Source: Alphaproteobacteria bacterium (GTDB taxonomy: Bacteria; Pseudomonadota; Alphaproteobacteria; UBA7985). From it: a DNA stretch of 64,000 nucleotides. Both the position numbers and the translations under genes were made by a program. Positions 12,341 through 22,542 of this stretch are shown one piece after another. Below the pieces are notes generated by a model. The model saw only the letters and a list, made by a program, of their open reading frames with translations, searched no databases and was not told the DNA's origin. The stretch covers positions 7,890 to 71,889 of the forward strand of contig CBFHUI010000002.1 of assembly GCA_965658725.1 (NCBI GenBank). The letters run 5' to 3'. Positions within the stretch are counted from its first letter, which is position 1. Every line of letters begins with the position of its first letter.

Positions 12341-15300
12341 TTGCGACAGGAGACGGTTTTGACTGAATCGCGTTTGGATAGTTCGCTCGGTTTTTGGAGC
12401 GGATGGCGGCGGTATGCGCTGGCCTTGGGGGCTTTGCTCTTCCTGTTTGCTCTGTTGTTTTGGGCTTTTGCAGAACTAAACCGCCACAACAAGAACATCC
12501 AGACCGGGGGTAACAACTCGCCTTTCTGGCGCATCGGCGAGGTCGAAACCGCTCTCTTGCGCTACATCAACGCTATGGATCTCTATCGCTCGCTTGACCC
12601 GGAAAGCTCCCCGGTCGCGGTGGTGGACTCCTACGAAGTCCTGCTCAGCCGCGTCTCCCTGTTCCAAAACGCCGAGAACATGCGCGCGGTCGCTGAGATC
12701 GACGGCGCGGCGACTTCTTTGAACGCGCTCTATGGTGAGCTGATTAACTTGCAGCCGCAAATGGAGCTCCTCGCCGCCAACGGCCTCACGGGCGGACAGA
12801 TCAAGGCCGTGCGCGAGTCCATGAACGGGTTCGCTTGGGAGTTCAGCGGCTATCCAAGAGAGGCTATGGCGGTGCAGGAGCGGTTGATCACCGACGTGCA
12901 GCGCAAGGTGCGGAATACCTACAACCTACTGGCCATCATCTTTCTCTTCATTGTCGCGACGGGCGGCATCATCGCCTTTTTCGTTTTCCGCGAACGCAGT
13001 CTGGCGATCGAGACGCAGAACTATCTGGCTACCGCGATCGAGACCATGCCTGATGCCTTCGCGCTCTACGACGCGGAAGACCGCCTTGTGCTGTCCAACC
13101 AGCGCTTTCGGCAGAATCACGGCATGACGTTGGATGAGGCGCAAAGCGGTCCGGCCTTCACCGCGTTGCTCAAGCGCGATCTGGCCGCTCAGCGGTTCCC
13201 CGCTGCCGCTGACAACGGTCAGGCGTGGCTCAACAAGCGTGTCGCTCGACACACCAATCCAACCGCTCCTTTCGAAGAACCCTTCATGCGCGATCGTTGG
13301 CTGCAAATCGCAGAGCGCCGGACGCGGCGGGGAGAGGTCGTCTCGATTGCCACGGACATCACCCAGCTAAAGCGTCGCGAGTTTGAGCTGGAGGAATCCA
13401 CCCTGCGCTTCCGCCAGCTTGCCGAAGCGTCTTTTGATGGGATTGTCGTCGTTGAAGACCGCCGGATTAGCCGCTTTAACGACCATGTCAGCGATATTTT
13501 CGGCTGGGAGCCGTCGGCGCTGCAGGGGGAAGTGATTGACATTCTTTTTGCGCCCGGCGCTGAAGAGGTCTGGAACACCGCACTGGACAACGAGGCCTTA
13601 CGCACGCGGGAGACGCTCGCCAAGCACCGCGACGGGCACGTCTTTAACGTCGAACTGTCCTCTCGCACGATTATGCAGGGTGAAGATGGGTCAGAGATCG
13701 TCTTCTCCATCCGCGATATCTCCGAGCGCAAGCAGGCAGAAACCGAAATGCGCGCTGCGAAGGACGCTGCCGAGGCTGGGTCACGCGCGAAATCGGACTT
13801 CCTGGCCATGATGAGCCACGAAATTCGAACGCCGATGAATGCCATCATGGGCATGACCACCATGCTGATGAAGTCGGACCTCGACCCTCAGCAGAAAGCC
13901 TTTGCAGCCACGGCGCAAGATTCAGCGGAAGGCTTGCTGGTCATCCTCAACGACCTGCTCGATCTCTCCAAGCTCGAAGCCGGCAAGCTGAACTTCGAAG
14001 AAGCGAACTTCGACCTGCCCGAGCTGGCGCGCGGCGTGATGGAGTTGCTTTCCTCGCATGCGGATGAAAAGGGCCTGGCGGTTCATGGCGACTGGCACGA
14101 CCTATCCCACCCGCGGGTCAAAGGCGATCCGACGCGGGTGCGGCAGCTGCTGCTGAACCTGCTTGGTAACGCGATCAAGTTCACTGAAGAGGGCAATGTC
14201 ACCCTGCGGATCAGTCAGGAGACCCCGGCTGAAACCGGTCGCATTGGAACCTTTGTTGAAGTGATCGACACCGGAATTGGGATCTCGCGCGAGCAGCAAG
14301 ACCGGCTCTTTGTGCCCTTCACTCAGGCGGATGAAACCGTCAGCCGCCGCTTTGGCGGGACCGGGCTGGGTCTGGCGATCTGCCGACGATTGGTCGATGC
14401 CATGGGTGGTGAGATCGGTGTTGCGTCCGAAGAGGGTAAGGGCGCGACGTTCTGGTTCCGCTTGGAATTCGACGCGGCCACCGGCGAAACGATCACAGCG
14501 GTAGCCGAGGGCGAGCACGACCATCTCAAGTCCGCTGCCCGCTCAACCACCAGCGTTCAGCCTACCGCAATGGCCGCTAAGCCAAGGGACGCAGCACCTG
14601 GGCTAAACCGCGTTCTCCTCGTCGAAGACAGCCCCACAAATCGCAGCGTTGTTGAAGCCTTCCTCGAAGGTCTGCCGATCGAGTTGGACATGGCCGAGAA
14701 CGGCAAGGAGGGTCTCGAGAAGGCGGCCGAGACGGTCTACGATCTGATCCTGATGGACATGGCCATGCCGGTTATGGACGGTCTGACGGCGGCTCAAGAA
14801 ATTCGCAAACTGCCGGGCCAGTCCGGTAAAACGCCGATCGTCGCGTTGACCGCGAATGCCATGGCGAGCGACCGGGACCGGTGCCTTGCCGCTGGAATGA
14901 ACGACTACTTGGCTAAACCTCTGAAGCTTGATGCGCTGGTGCGGCTGGTCTCGCAATGGCTGGCGCTGGACGAGGATCAGAGCGACGAGCCGACGGCGCC
15001 CGTTCCCGCTGACCGCGGCGGTTGGGATGCGTTGGAAGAGACAGCGAGCGATGGGGTGGAAGAGGCAGACCCCGCCGAGGCTCGCGGGGAGATGGAAGCG
15101 GGTAAGCCGTCTAATAATGACGGTTACGACCTTGAAATCCGCGCCCGTGCCGAGCGTGCAATCGCGGCGAGCCTGACCCACGCCACAGCCAGCGACGGCG
15201 CCGGCACGCCTGAGTCTGCTGCTGAGATGCTTATCGACGAAGCCGTGCTCGACCAGATGCGCGCAGACACGGGCGACGACATTGTCAGCATGCTGGTAAC

Positions 15301-15592
15301 GTCCTTCCTCGAAGAACTCAGCGACCGCTTGCCCAAGGTGTCGGAGCTGTGTGAAGCCGAGAATTGGACCGAGCTGCGTCATGAAGCCCATACCATTAAG
15401 GGTTCCGCTGCGACCTTTGGCGCGGCAGCACTCTCAAAAGCAGCGAAAAGAATCGAGGTTGCTTGTGATGACCGTGAATTTGACGCGGCGAAGCGCGATG
15501 TTGAGGCCTTTCCTGGGCTGGCACAAAAAACCCGCGATTCGCTGATCAAGACCCTGAAATTGCAGCTTCCGAGCAAGAAAGCTGCAGCCTGA
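12341..15592 (+). CDS. hybrid sensor histidine kinase/response regulator with C-terminal Hpt domain
   Basis: 1083 aa. Two TM segments flank a ~150-aa periplasmic domain. Then PAS repeats, HisKA ([14 protein letters not shown]), HATPase_c (GTGLGL), REC ([11 protein letters not shown]...[13 protein letters not shown]), an acidic linker and Hpt ([11 protein letters not shown]). TTG start; the exact start is uncertain. Confidence 0.85.
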   Translation: MRQETVLTESRLDSSLGFWSGWRRYALALGALLFLFALLFWAFAELNRHNKNIQTGGNNSPFWRIGEVETALLRYINAMDLYRSLDPESSPVAVVDSYEVLLSRVSLFQNAENMRAVAEIDGAATSLNALYGELINLQPQMELLAANGLTGGQIKAVRESMNGFAWEFSGYPREAMAVQERLITDVQRKVRNTYNLLAIIFLFIVATGGIIAFFVFRERSLAIETQNYLATAIETMPDAFALYDAEDRLVLSNQRFRQNHGMTLDEAQSGPAFTALLKRDLAAQRFPAAADNGQAWLNKRVARHTNPTAPFEEPFMRDRWLQIAERRTRRGEVVSIATDITQLKRREFELEESTLRFRQLAEASFDGIVVVEDRRISRFNDHVSDIFGWEPSALQGEVIDILFAPGAEEVWNTALDNEALRTRETLAKHRDGHVFNVELSSRTIMQGEDGSEIVFSIRDISERKQAETEMRAAKDAAEAGSRAKSDFLAMMSHEIRTPMNAIMGMTTMLMKSDLDPQQKAFAATAQDSAEGLLVILNDLLDLSKLEAGKLNFEEANFDLPELARGVMELLSSHADEKGLAVHGDWHDLSHPRVKGDPTRVRQLLLNLLGNAIKFTEEGNVTLRISQETPAETGRIGTFVEVIDTGIGISREQQDRLFVPFTQADETVSRRFGGTGLGLAICRRLVDAMGGEIGVASEEGKGATFWFRLEFDAATGETITAVAEGEHDHLKSAARSTTSVQPTAMAAKPRDAAPGLNRVLLVEDSPTNRSVVEAFLEGLPIELDMAENGKEGLEKAAETVYDLILMDMAMPVMDGLTAAQEIRKLPGQSGKTPIVALTANAMASDRDRCLAAGMNDYLAKPLKLDALVRLVSQWLALDEDQSDEPTAPVPADRGGWDALEETASDGVEEADPAEARGEMEAGKPSNNDGYDLEIRARAERAIAASLTHATASDGAGTPESAAEMLIDEAVLDQMRADTGDDIVSMLVTSFLEELSDRLPKVSELCEAENWTELRHEAHTIKGSAATFGAAALSKAAKRIEVACDDREFDAAKRDVEAFPGLAQKTRDSLIKTLKLQLPSKKAAA

Positions 15593-15758
15593 TTCTTTGA
15601 AAGTGGCGTCTTTTGGCGCCAGATTGCCGAAAATCAACGCCTTTACTTCGTTTTTCTCTATACCACTTCAAGGATGATCCCGAGTGAGATCGCAGACACA
15701 GGATGCCAAGCGGCCCCTGACTGTCAGACCTCCACGAACAAAATAGGGGCCTCAGGAA

Positions 15759-16427
15759 ATGGCACCTCACGAAAGTGCAGCTCTGTACGACCATGATTTG
15801 GAAATCGTTGATGACATCAGCGATACCGGCGAAGCGCACAATGTTGTTCCGCTCTCATCCCCGTCACAACCGGGCCGTACCGAAGCTGAAGCGGCGGTGA
15901 AAACGCTGATTTCTTACACCGGCGAGAATGCTGACCGGGCGGGTGTGCTCGAAACACCCAAGCGGGTGGTTAAAGCTTTCGACGAGTGGTTTGGCGGCTA
16001 CAAAATCGATGCCGATGGGCTCCTGTCCAAGACTTTTGACGAGGTCGAGGGCTACCAGGACATGGTTTTGTTGCGTGACATCCCATTCCACAGCCACTGC
16101 GAGCACCACATGGCCCCAATCGTGGGTAAGGCGCACGTTGCCTACATGCCCAAGGGCCGGGTTGTTGGTATTTCCAAGTTGGCGCGCGTCGTGGACGCCT
16201 TTGCCCGTCGCTTCCAGATCCAGGAACGCATGACCGAAGAAGTCGCTAAGACAATCGAGCGTGTGTTGGAACCGCTGGGTGTGGCTGTGGTAATTGAAGC
16301 TGAGCATCACTGCATGACCACGCGCGGGATTCACACCCATGACACGGTGATGCACACCAAGCACCTTTCCGGCGTGTTCCGGGAAGACAGCAATCTGCGC
16401 CGCGAGTTCTTCGACGCGCTGCGTTAA
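15759..16427 (+). CDS. folE: GTP cyclohydrolase I
   Basis: Conserved HSHCEHHMAPIVGKAHVAY and CMTTRG motifs. Confidence 0.9.
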   Translation: MAPHESAALYDHDLEIVDDISDTGEAHNVVPLSSPSQPGRTEAEAAVKTLISYTGENADRAGVLETPKRVVKAFDEWFGGYKIDADGLLSKTFDEVEGYQDMVLLRDIPFHSHCEHHMAPIVGKAHVAYMPKGRVVGISKLARVVDAFARRFQIQERMTEEVAKTIERVLEPLGVAVVIEAEHHCMTTRGIHTHDTVMHTKHLSGVFREDSNLRREFFDALR

Positions 16428-16458
16428 GGTTGCCCTCCGCTCCATCCGACTCTAATGT

Positions 16459-16482
16459 CCGGCCCGTGTCTAACGGGCCGGG
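16459..16482 (+). terminator. GC hairpin after folE (weak terminator candidate)
   Basis: ccggcccg-tgtctaa-cgggccgg, an 8-bp stem with no clean T-tract. Confidence 0.25.
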
Positions 16483-16491
16483 AGCGCCACT

Positions 16492-17937
16492 TTGGATCTG
16501 AGATCCGTTGCCAATATCGTCGGCTATCTGCTCGGTATTCTCGCGTTCGCCATGCTGGTTCCTGCCGGCTACGAACTCGTGCAAGGCAGTCCGAATTGGA
16601 CCTCCTTTGTCATATCAGCGGCGATCACCGGTTTTGCCGGCATCACGCTGAGCCTGACCACCCGCACCAAAGCCCCCGTATTCTCGGTCCGCCATGCCTT
16701 TGTCTTTACGACTGTGGCGTGGGCGGCGGTCTGCTTGTTCGGGGCTCTGCCCTTTGTCTTTGGCGATCTGGGGCTGACACTGGGCGAGGCGGTGTTTGAG
16801 TCCACGTCCGGGATTACCACAACCGGTTCGACGGTGATGACGGGTCTGGACCTGCTCTCACCCGGTTTCCTGCTGTGGCGCGCTCTGCTTCAGTGGCTGG
16901 GTGGGGTCGGTATCGTTGTCACAGCAATGAGCCTGCTCCCTGCGCTGCAGATCGGCGGCATGCAGCTGTTCCGAACGGAGTCGTTTGAGCAGACGGAAAA
17001 GCTACTGCCGCGGGCGGGTGAACTGTCGCTCAAAATTATTCAGGTGTACGTCTTCCTGACTGTGCTGGCCGGAGTGACCTACGCCATCTTGGGCATGTCG
17101 CCCTTTGACGCCGCCGTGCACGCCATGACGTCGATCGCCACCGGGGGTTTCAGCAATCATGACAGCAGTTTCGCGCACTTTGAGAGCGCGGCCATCGAGG
17201 GCGCAGCGATTGTGTTCATGTTGATGGGCTCGCTGCCCTTCCTGCTCTACATCCGGCTTTCAAGACGGGAGCTGGGTGCTCTGCGCGGGGACAGCCAGAT
17301 CTGGACCTTCTTTGCGCTGGTCGCCGTGGGGGTTGCGCTGCTGACGCTTTGGCAGGTTATCACCTCGACCGCACCGCTGCCGCAGGCTCTGCGTCACGCC
17401 GCCTTTAACACCACATCGATCATCACCGGCACGGGCTATGCCAGTGCCGACTACTCCGCCTGGGGCGCGTTCCCGAATGCCCTGCTGCTCGTGGCCATGT
17501 TCATCGGCGGCTGTGCCGGGTCCACGTCTTGCGGGATCAAGATTTTCCGGTTCCAAGTGCTCTACATCACCTCCGTCGCCCAGGTCCGCCGTCTGGCTGA
17601 GCCGCGCCGGGTCCGGGTGACCTACTACAACCGTAAGCCGCTCACCGACGAAGTCGCTGAGTCCGTGCAGGTGTTCTTCTTCCTGTTTATTCTGACTTTT
17701 GGCGTGCTGGCTGCCGCCTTGGGATTCATGGGGCTGGATATGGTGACGGCGATTTCTTCGGCCGCAACCGCCGTTGCGAACGTCGGTCCCGGACTGGGCC
17801 CAATGGTTGGCCCGTCCTCGACCTTTGCTGGGCTGCCCGAAGGTGCGAAATGGCTGATGGCAGCGGGCATGCTGCTGGGGCGGTTGGAGCTGTTCTCGGT
17901 GCTTGTCCTGCTGGTCCCAAGCTTCTGGCGCGAGTAG
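16492..17937 (+). CDS. trkH: TrkH-family potassium uptake protein
   Basis: Multi-pass membrane protein. The N-terminus MDLRSVANIVGYLLGILAFAMLVPA aligns with E. coli TrkH MQFRSIIRIVGLLL..., which supports a TTG start. Confidence 0.85.
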   Translation: MDLRSVANIVGYLLGILAFAMLVPAGYELVQGSPNWTSFVISAAITGFAGITLSLTTRTKAPVFSVRHAFVFTTVAWAAVCLFGALPFVFGDLGLTLGEAVFESTSGITTTGSTVMTGLDLLSPGFLLWRALLQWLGGVGIVVTAMSLLPALQIGGMQLFRTESFEQTEKLLPRAGELSLKIIQVYVFLTVLAGVTYAILGMSPFDAAVHAMTSIATGGFSNHDSSFAHFESAAIEGAAIVFMLMGSLPFLLYIRLSRRELGALRGDSQIWTFFALVAVGVALLTLWQVITSTAPLPQALRHAAFNTTSIITGTGYASADYSAWGAFPNALLLVAMFIGGCAGSTSCGIKIFRFQVLYITSVAQVRRLAEPRRVRVTYYNRKPLTDEVAESVQVFFFLFILTFGVLAAALGFMGLDMVTAISSAATAVANVGPGLGPMVGPSSTFAGLPEGAKWLMAAGMLLGRLELFSVLVLLVPSFWRE

Positions 17938-17941
17938 CGGC

Positions 17942-18865
17942 TTACTGCAGCGTGACGTCGAGGTCGTCGGGCGTGAAGGCGTAGGTGGTGTTGCAGAACT
18001 CGCACGTGGAGCGCACCGCACCATCGACAAAGCAATCCGCCAGCTCTTCCGCGCTCAGCGACAGCAAAACCGTCTTCAAACGATCCTCTGAACACTGGCA
18101 ACTGTGCCGTAGAGCTTGCGTCTCTGACACCCGCACGCCGTCTTCGTGGAACAGGCGGTAGAGCAGGGTTTCGGCTGGCAGGTTCGGGTCCGTCAGCTCC
18201 TCCCGTTTGACGGAGCCGATAAAGGCCAGCGCCCGGTCCCACGCTTCGCGCGCCGCTTCGCCATCCGCCAGTTCCCCTTCGCCGCCGATCTCGGGCAAGC
18301 GCTGGGCGAGGATTGCTCCGGCGCGCCACTGTCCGGCCGGATCCTGATCAGCCGCAACACGAACGATCATGTCAACTTGATCGGATTGGGCAAAATAGTG
18401 CTGGATGCACGCGGCGAGGGTGTCGCCGCTGAGGTCTACGATCCCTTGATAGCGCTCGGTATACTGGCCCTGATCAACGGTGAAGGCGATGTAGCCGGTG
18501 CCGACCAGCGAGCGGAAATCGTGCATGCTCAGCGCGGCGTAGGCCTCTTCATCGAACTGCGCATAGCCACGCAAGTCACCGTCGGTTGTCACGTCAGCGA
18601 CCAGCATGCCAACGGGTCCGTTGGACTGAGTCTGCAAGATCAGCTTGCCGTCAAACTTCAGCGAGGACGCCATGGCCGCCGCCAAGGCCGCCGCTTCGGC
18701 CAGCAGCGCCGCAATCGGGGCTGGGTAGTTGTGCACCGACGCGATGCCGTCCACGGTGGTCCCCAGCCGTACAACCCGGCCAGAGATGTCCGTGCCGTGG
18801 ACCATGTAGGGCAAGGCCATGTTGTCGGCCAGGCTGGCGTGCGGGTCCAGGCTGATGGAGGTCAT
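17942..18865 (-). CDS. hslO: redox-regulated chaperone Hsp33
   Basis: C-terminal zinc centre CQCS...CEFCNTTY. Start placed at MTSISLD by alignment with the E. coli Hsp33 N-terminus. Confidence 0.85.
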   Translation of the reverse strand: MTSISLDPHASLADNMALPYMVHGTDISGRVVRLGTTVDGIASVHNYPAPIAALLAEAAALAAAMASSLKFDGKLILQTQSNGPVGMLVADVTTDGDLRGYAQFDEEAYAALSMHDFRSLVGTGYIAFTVDQGQYTERYQGIVDLSGDTLAACIQHYFAQSDQVDMIVRVAADQDPAGQWRAGAILAQRLPEIGGEGELADGEAAREAWDRALAFIGSVKREELTDPNLPAETLLYRLFHEDGVRVSETQALRHSCQCSEDRLKTVLLSLSAEELADCFVDGAVRSTCEFCNTTYAFTPDDLDVTLQ

Positions 18866-18906
18866 GGGGCTTTCCTGCTTGCTTGTCAGTGCGTGCGTTA
18901 GGGGCG

Positions 18907-19812
18907 CTAGCCGAGCGCGCCCATACACCAGGCGAGAACAGCTTTCTGTGCATGTAAGCGGTTTTCCGCCTCATCAAAGACCACCGATTGCGGACCATCC
19001 ATGACCGCAGAGGTCACCTCTTCTTCCCGGTGGGCCGGCAGACAGTGCATGAAGATCGCCTTTGGGTCCGCCTGCGCCATCAGTGCATCGTTGACCTGAA
19101 ACGGGGCGAGCATGTTGTGGCGGTTTTCTGCGTCGGTGTCGCCCATACTGACCCACGTGTCGGCAAAGACAGCATCCGCGCCGCGCACGGCGTCTTCCGC
19201 GCTGGTCGTCAGCGTCACAGCATCGCCAGCGTAAGCGACAGATTCGGCGGGAGGGGTCAGCTCCGGGGGTGTGCCGATGCGGGCGTGAAAGCCGAACTGC
19301 CGCGCCGCTTCCATCAGCGACACCGCTACGTTGTTGCCATCCCCGACCCAGGCCAAAGTAGACCCGGCAATATCGCCCTTGTGCTCCTCATAGGTCATGA
19401 CGTCGGCCATGAGCTGACAGGGATGCGAGCGGTCGGTCAGGCCGTTGATCACGGGCACAGTCGCATGCTCGGCGAGGTCCAGCAGCATGTCGTGCGAGAA
19501 GCAGCGGATCATGATGGCATCGACGTAGCGGGATAGCACCTTGGCCGTGTCGTGCACGCTTTCACCGCGCCCGATCTGCATGTCATTGGCGTTGAGCACC
19601 ACGGCTTCACCGCCCAGCTGCTTGATCGCGCACTCAAAGGATACGCGCGTCCGGGTGGAAGGCTTCTCGAAAATCATCGCCAGCGTTTTGCCGGCCAGCG
19701 GTCGCTTCTCAGAGCCAGCCGCACGGGCGGCCTTGATGGTCTTTGCGCCCTGAATGATGGAACGGAGCTCGGTGGCGTCGACATCCTTGAGGTCGAGGAA
19801 ATGGCGGGTCAT
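18907..19812 (-). CDS. argF: ornithine carbamoyltransferase
   Basis: STRTR, HPCQ and HCLP motifs. Confidence 0.9.
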   Translation of the reverse strand: MTRHFLDLKDVDATELRSIIQGAKTIKAARAAGSEKRPLAGKTLAMIFEKPSTRTRVSFECAIKQLGGEAVVLNANDMQIGRGESVHDTAKVLSRYVDAIMIRCFSHDMLLDLAEHATVPVINGLTDRSHPCQLMADVMTYEEHKGDIAGSTLAWVGDGNNVAVSLMEAARQFGFHARIGTPPELTPPAESVAYAGDAVTLTTSAEDAVRGADAVFADTWVSMGDTDAENRHNMLAPFQVNDALMAQADPKAIFMHCLPAHREEEVTSAVMDGPQSVVFDEAENRLHAQKAVLAWCMGALG

Positions 19813-19869
19813 GTCATGCCCTTTTTCGTTGGGTCGTTTCGGTTCGTTTGGCTTGGCTTGGCTGAAGTC

Positions 19870-21078
19870 TTAAGCACGCAAGTCAGCAGCAACAGCGCGG
19901 AAAGCATCCACGGCGCGGTCAATCTCCGCATCGCTGACAATCAGGGGCGGAAGCACGCGCACAACGTTCTGACCAGCGGGGACGGTGAGCACGTGGTGGT
20001 GGTCGCGCAAGCGGTTGACGACCTCACCGCACGTGTGGGGGTCTGCGACCTTCACGCCCTGCATTAAACCCGCGCCACGGCGCAGGCTGTAGGCGTGGGG
20101 GTTATCCTCCACCACGGTGCCCAAAGCGTCCCAAAGGCGGTTCGACGCGGCGTAGACGCGCGCCATAAAGCCCGGCTCGAGGATCACGTCGAGCACGGCA
20201 CAGCCGATCCGACTGGCCAGTGGATTGCCTCCATAGGTCGTACCGTGCATGCCCGCGCTGATCCCTGCCATGGCTTCGGTTGTCCCCATGAAGCAGCCGA
20301 GCGGAAAGCCTCCGCCGATGCCTTTGGCCACTGCGATCAGGTCAGGGTCAGCGGCGCCGTCTGCCCATTGGTGCGCAAACAGCCGGCCGGTCCGGCCCAC
20401 GCCGCATTGCACCTCGTCGTAGATCAGCAGAATGCCGAACTCGTCGCAGGTCTCGCGCAGGGCCTTGAGGTAAGCGAGGTCGGCCGGCGCGATGCCGCCT
20501 TCCCCCTGAATTGGTTCAACCAGCACGGCGGCGGTCTCTTCGGTGATTGCCGCACGCAGTTCGTTCAGGTTGTTGAAGGCCACGTGGTCAAAGCCTTCTA
20601 CCCGCGGCCCAAAGCCTTCGAGATGCTTGGCGTTGTTGCCAGCAGAGATCGTCGCCAGCGTGCGGCCATGAAAGGCACTGTTGGCGCCAACGATCCGATA
20701 CTTCTGCGGGTTGCCGCGCAGGTGATGATAGCGCCGCGCCGCCTTGATGCAGCCTTCCAGCGCTTCTGCGCCGGAATTGGCGAAGAACACCAGATCAGCA
20801 AAGCTGTTCTCGACCAGCCGCTGGGCCAGCGTGCGCTGGTGCGGAATCTCGTAGAGGTTCGAGGTGTGCCAGAGCTTTGCGGCTTGGTCCTGTAGCGCCT
20901 CGACCAGCACCGGGTGCGAGTGCCCCAGCGCGTTCACTGCGATGCCCGAGCCGAAGTCCAGGTATCGTTGGCCGTCCGTGCTCACCAGCTCACACCCTTC
21001 GCCGCGTTCAAAGGCAATCGGCGCGCGGGCGTAGGTCGGGGCAATGTAGGGCGACGGGGCGAGGGAACCTTCGGGCAT
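19870..21078 (-). CDS. argD: acetylornithine aminotransferase
   Basis: Class III PLP aminotransferase; Lys-containing motif ...DEVQCGVGRTG. In tandem with argF. Confidence 0.85.
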   Translation of the reverse strand: MPEGSLAPSPYIAPTYARAPIAFERGEGCELVSTDGQRYLDFGSGIAVNALGHSHPVLVEALQDQAAKLWHTSNLYEIPHQRTLAQRLVENSFADLVFFANSGAEALEGCIKAARRYHHLRGNPQKYRIVGANSAFHGRTLATISAGNNAKHLEGFGPRVEGFDHVAFNNLNELRAAITEETAAVLVEPIQGEGGIAPADLAYLKALRETCDEFGILLIYDEVQCGVGRTGRLFAHQWADGAADPDLIAVAKGIGGGFPLGCFMGTTEAMAGISAGMHGTTYGGNPLASRIGCAVLDVILEPGFMARVYAASNRLWDALGTVVEDNPHAYSLRRGAGLMQGVKVADPHTCGEVVNRLRDHHHVLTVPAGQNVVRVLPPLIVSDAEIDRAVDAFRAVAADLRA

Positions 21079-21112
21079 GTGTCGAGGACTTTCAGAACCG
21101 GTGGGCAAGGGG

Positions 21113-21146
21113 TAGAAAAGAAAAACCCGCTGCGCGAACAGCGGGA
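21113..21146 (-). terminator. intrinsic terminator, minus-strand orientation, in the argD/recX divergent intergenic region
   Basis: Minus strand reads cccgctg-ttcgcg-cagcggg followed by TTTTTCTTTTC. No minus-strand gene ends upstream of it. Confidence 0.55.
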
Positions 21147-21167
21147 GAAACCAGTGATTTCAACGTT

Positions 21168-21860
21168 GTGCCGAGCGCCCGTCCTTTGTCAAGCAGTGAC
21201 CCCTTTGCAGATTCAGACCCCGACTATGCGTCGGAGTCGCGCGTCGAGGCGTCCGAGCCTGACAAGCACCGCTCCAAGCGTCGCCAACCCCGCAAGCCCA
21301 AAAAGATCACGCCAGAGTATTTGCGCCGCGTCGCGCTGCACTACCTCGACCGCTACACGGCGACGGAAGCCTCCCTGCGTGCCGTGCTCCAGCGTCGCAT
21401 CCGCAAGTCGGCCAAGGTTCATGAACCTGACCCCGACATTCCCCAGTGGGTCGATGCGCTGGTCAAGGACATGAAGCGACTGGGGTTCATTGACGATGCG
21501 GCCTTTGCTCAGACACGCGCGGTTTCGCTGCACCGGTCGGGCAAATCGTCGCGCGCCATCGCGCAAACGCTGATCGGTAAGGGCATTCGGGGTGAAGTGC
21601 TGGACGATGCGCTGAACGCGGCCTCTGACGAACTCGGCCATGGCGAAGACCGGCGTGCCATGGATCGGGCGGCGGGGTTCGAGTTTGCTCGGCGGCGGCG
21701 GTTGGGTGTGTTCAACCCGGATGAAGCGCGCCGCACTGAGCGTCGTGACAAGGATATGGCCGCGCTGGCCCGGCGAGGGTTTGGCTATGACATTTGCCGC
21801 GCCGTGGTCGAAGCGTTCGACGAAGACGACCTCCGAGCGCGGTTGGAACTGGACGACTGA
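21168..21860 (+). CDS. recX: recombination regulator RecX
   Basis: Three-repeat helical RecX fold (YLDRYTATEASLRAVLQRR...). GTG start proposed at 21168 (alternative TTG at 21186); there is no in-frame ATG. Confidence 0.65.
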   Translation: MPSARPLSSSDPFADSDPDYASESRVEASEPDKHRSKRRQPRKPKKITPEYLRRVALHYLDRYTATEASLRAVLQRRIRKSAKVHEPDPDIPQWVDALVKDMKRLGFIDDAAFAQTRAVSLHRSGKSSRAIAQTLIGKGIRGEVLDDALNAASDELGHGEDRRAMDRAAGFEFARRRRLGVFNPDEARRTERRDKDMAALARRGFGYDICRAVVEAFDEDDLRARLELDD

Positions 21861-21876
21861 CGCCGCGCGCCGCTGC

Positions 21877-22278
21877 TTAGTTGACCGAGCTGTGCTCGTA
21901 CTCGCTGTCGAGTGAAAAGGCCGGTATCGCGACCATGAATTTCTCTTCTTCGCTGTCTTCAGCAAAGCGGAAGTTGTAGTGCCCGCGCATGATCCCACTG
22001 GGCGTCGAAAGCGGGCAGCCGCTTTCGTAGCTGAACCGCTCGCCCGGCGCGATCACGGGCTGGTCGCCAACAACGCCGGGGCCGCGGACTTCCTCGACAT
22101 TCCCGCGCGCGTCGGTGATTTGCCAGTAGCGGGAGATCAGCTGCACGGGGTCGTCGCCCTGGTTCTCCAGCTCAATGCGGTAGGCCCAGAAGTAGTGGTG
22201 TTCATCAGGCCGAGACTCGCTGTCCACAAAGAATGGTTCAGCGACGACACGGATGTTGCGGGTGATTGCCTCGTACAT
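21877..22278 (-). CDS. apaG: ApaG (DUF525) protein
   Basis: 133-aa protein with conserved ApaG signature (GRGVVGDQPVIAPGE..YSSG). Confidence 0.85.
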   Translation of the reverse strand: MYEAITRNIRVVAEPFFVDSESRPDEHHYFWAYRIELENQGDDPVQLISRYWQITDARGNVEEVRGPGVVGDQPVIAPGERFSYESGCPLSTPSGIMRGHYNFRFAEDSEEEKFMVAIPAFSLDSEYEHSSVN

Positions 22279-22542
22279 GGGGGCCTTTTGCCCCCTTTGC
22301 CGAGGTTGGTAAAGGCTGGATTTTCCGGGCCCTCATGGTTGCGAAGGTCATGGCGTGGATTGTCTCATCGCAGCCCCAGACCCCGTAGAACAGGCATCCT
22401 TGACCACAGCGATTGCACCGTCCTCGCCTGACCCCGTGAAAGCACCAAAATCGTGTCGCAAAACGAAAGACGCTGCTTGCTCACCATGCTAGGCGAAAAC
22501 CAAAGTTCCAGACCGGAACGCGTGCTTGAAGGAGGAGCCGGA

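Noticed and set aside
15593-15758. Possible riboswitch or leader upstream of folE (hairpins ggcgtc-tttt-ggcgcc and ggcccct...aggggcc).
   Set aside because: No match to any riboswitch consensus I know, and the THF riboswitch is not expected in this lineage. Probably ordinary terminator or UTR structure.
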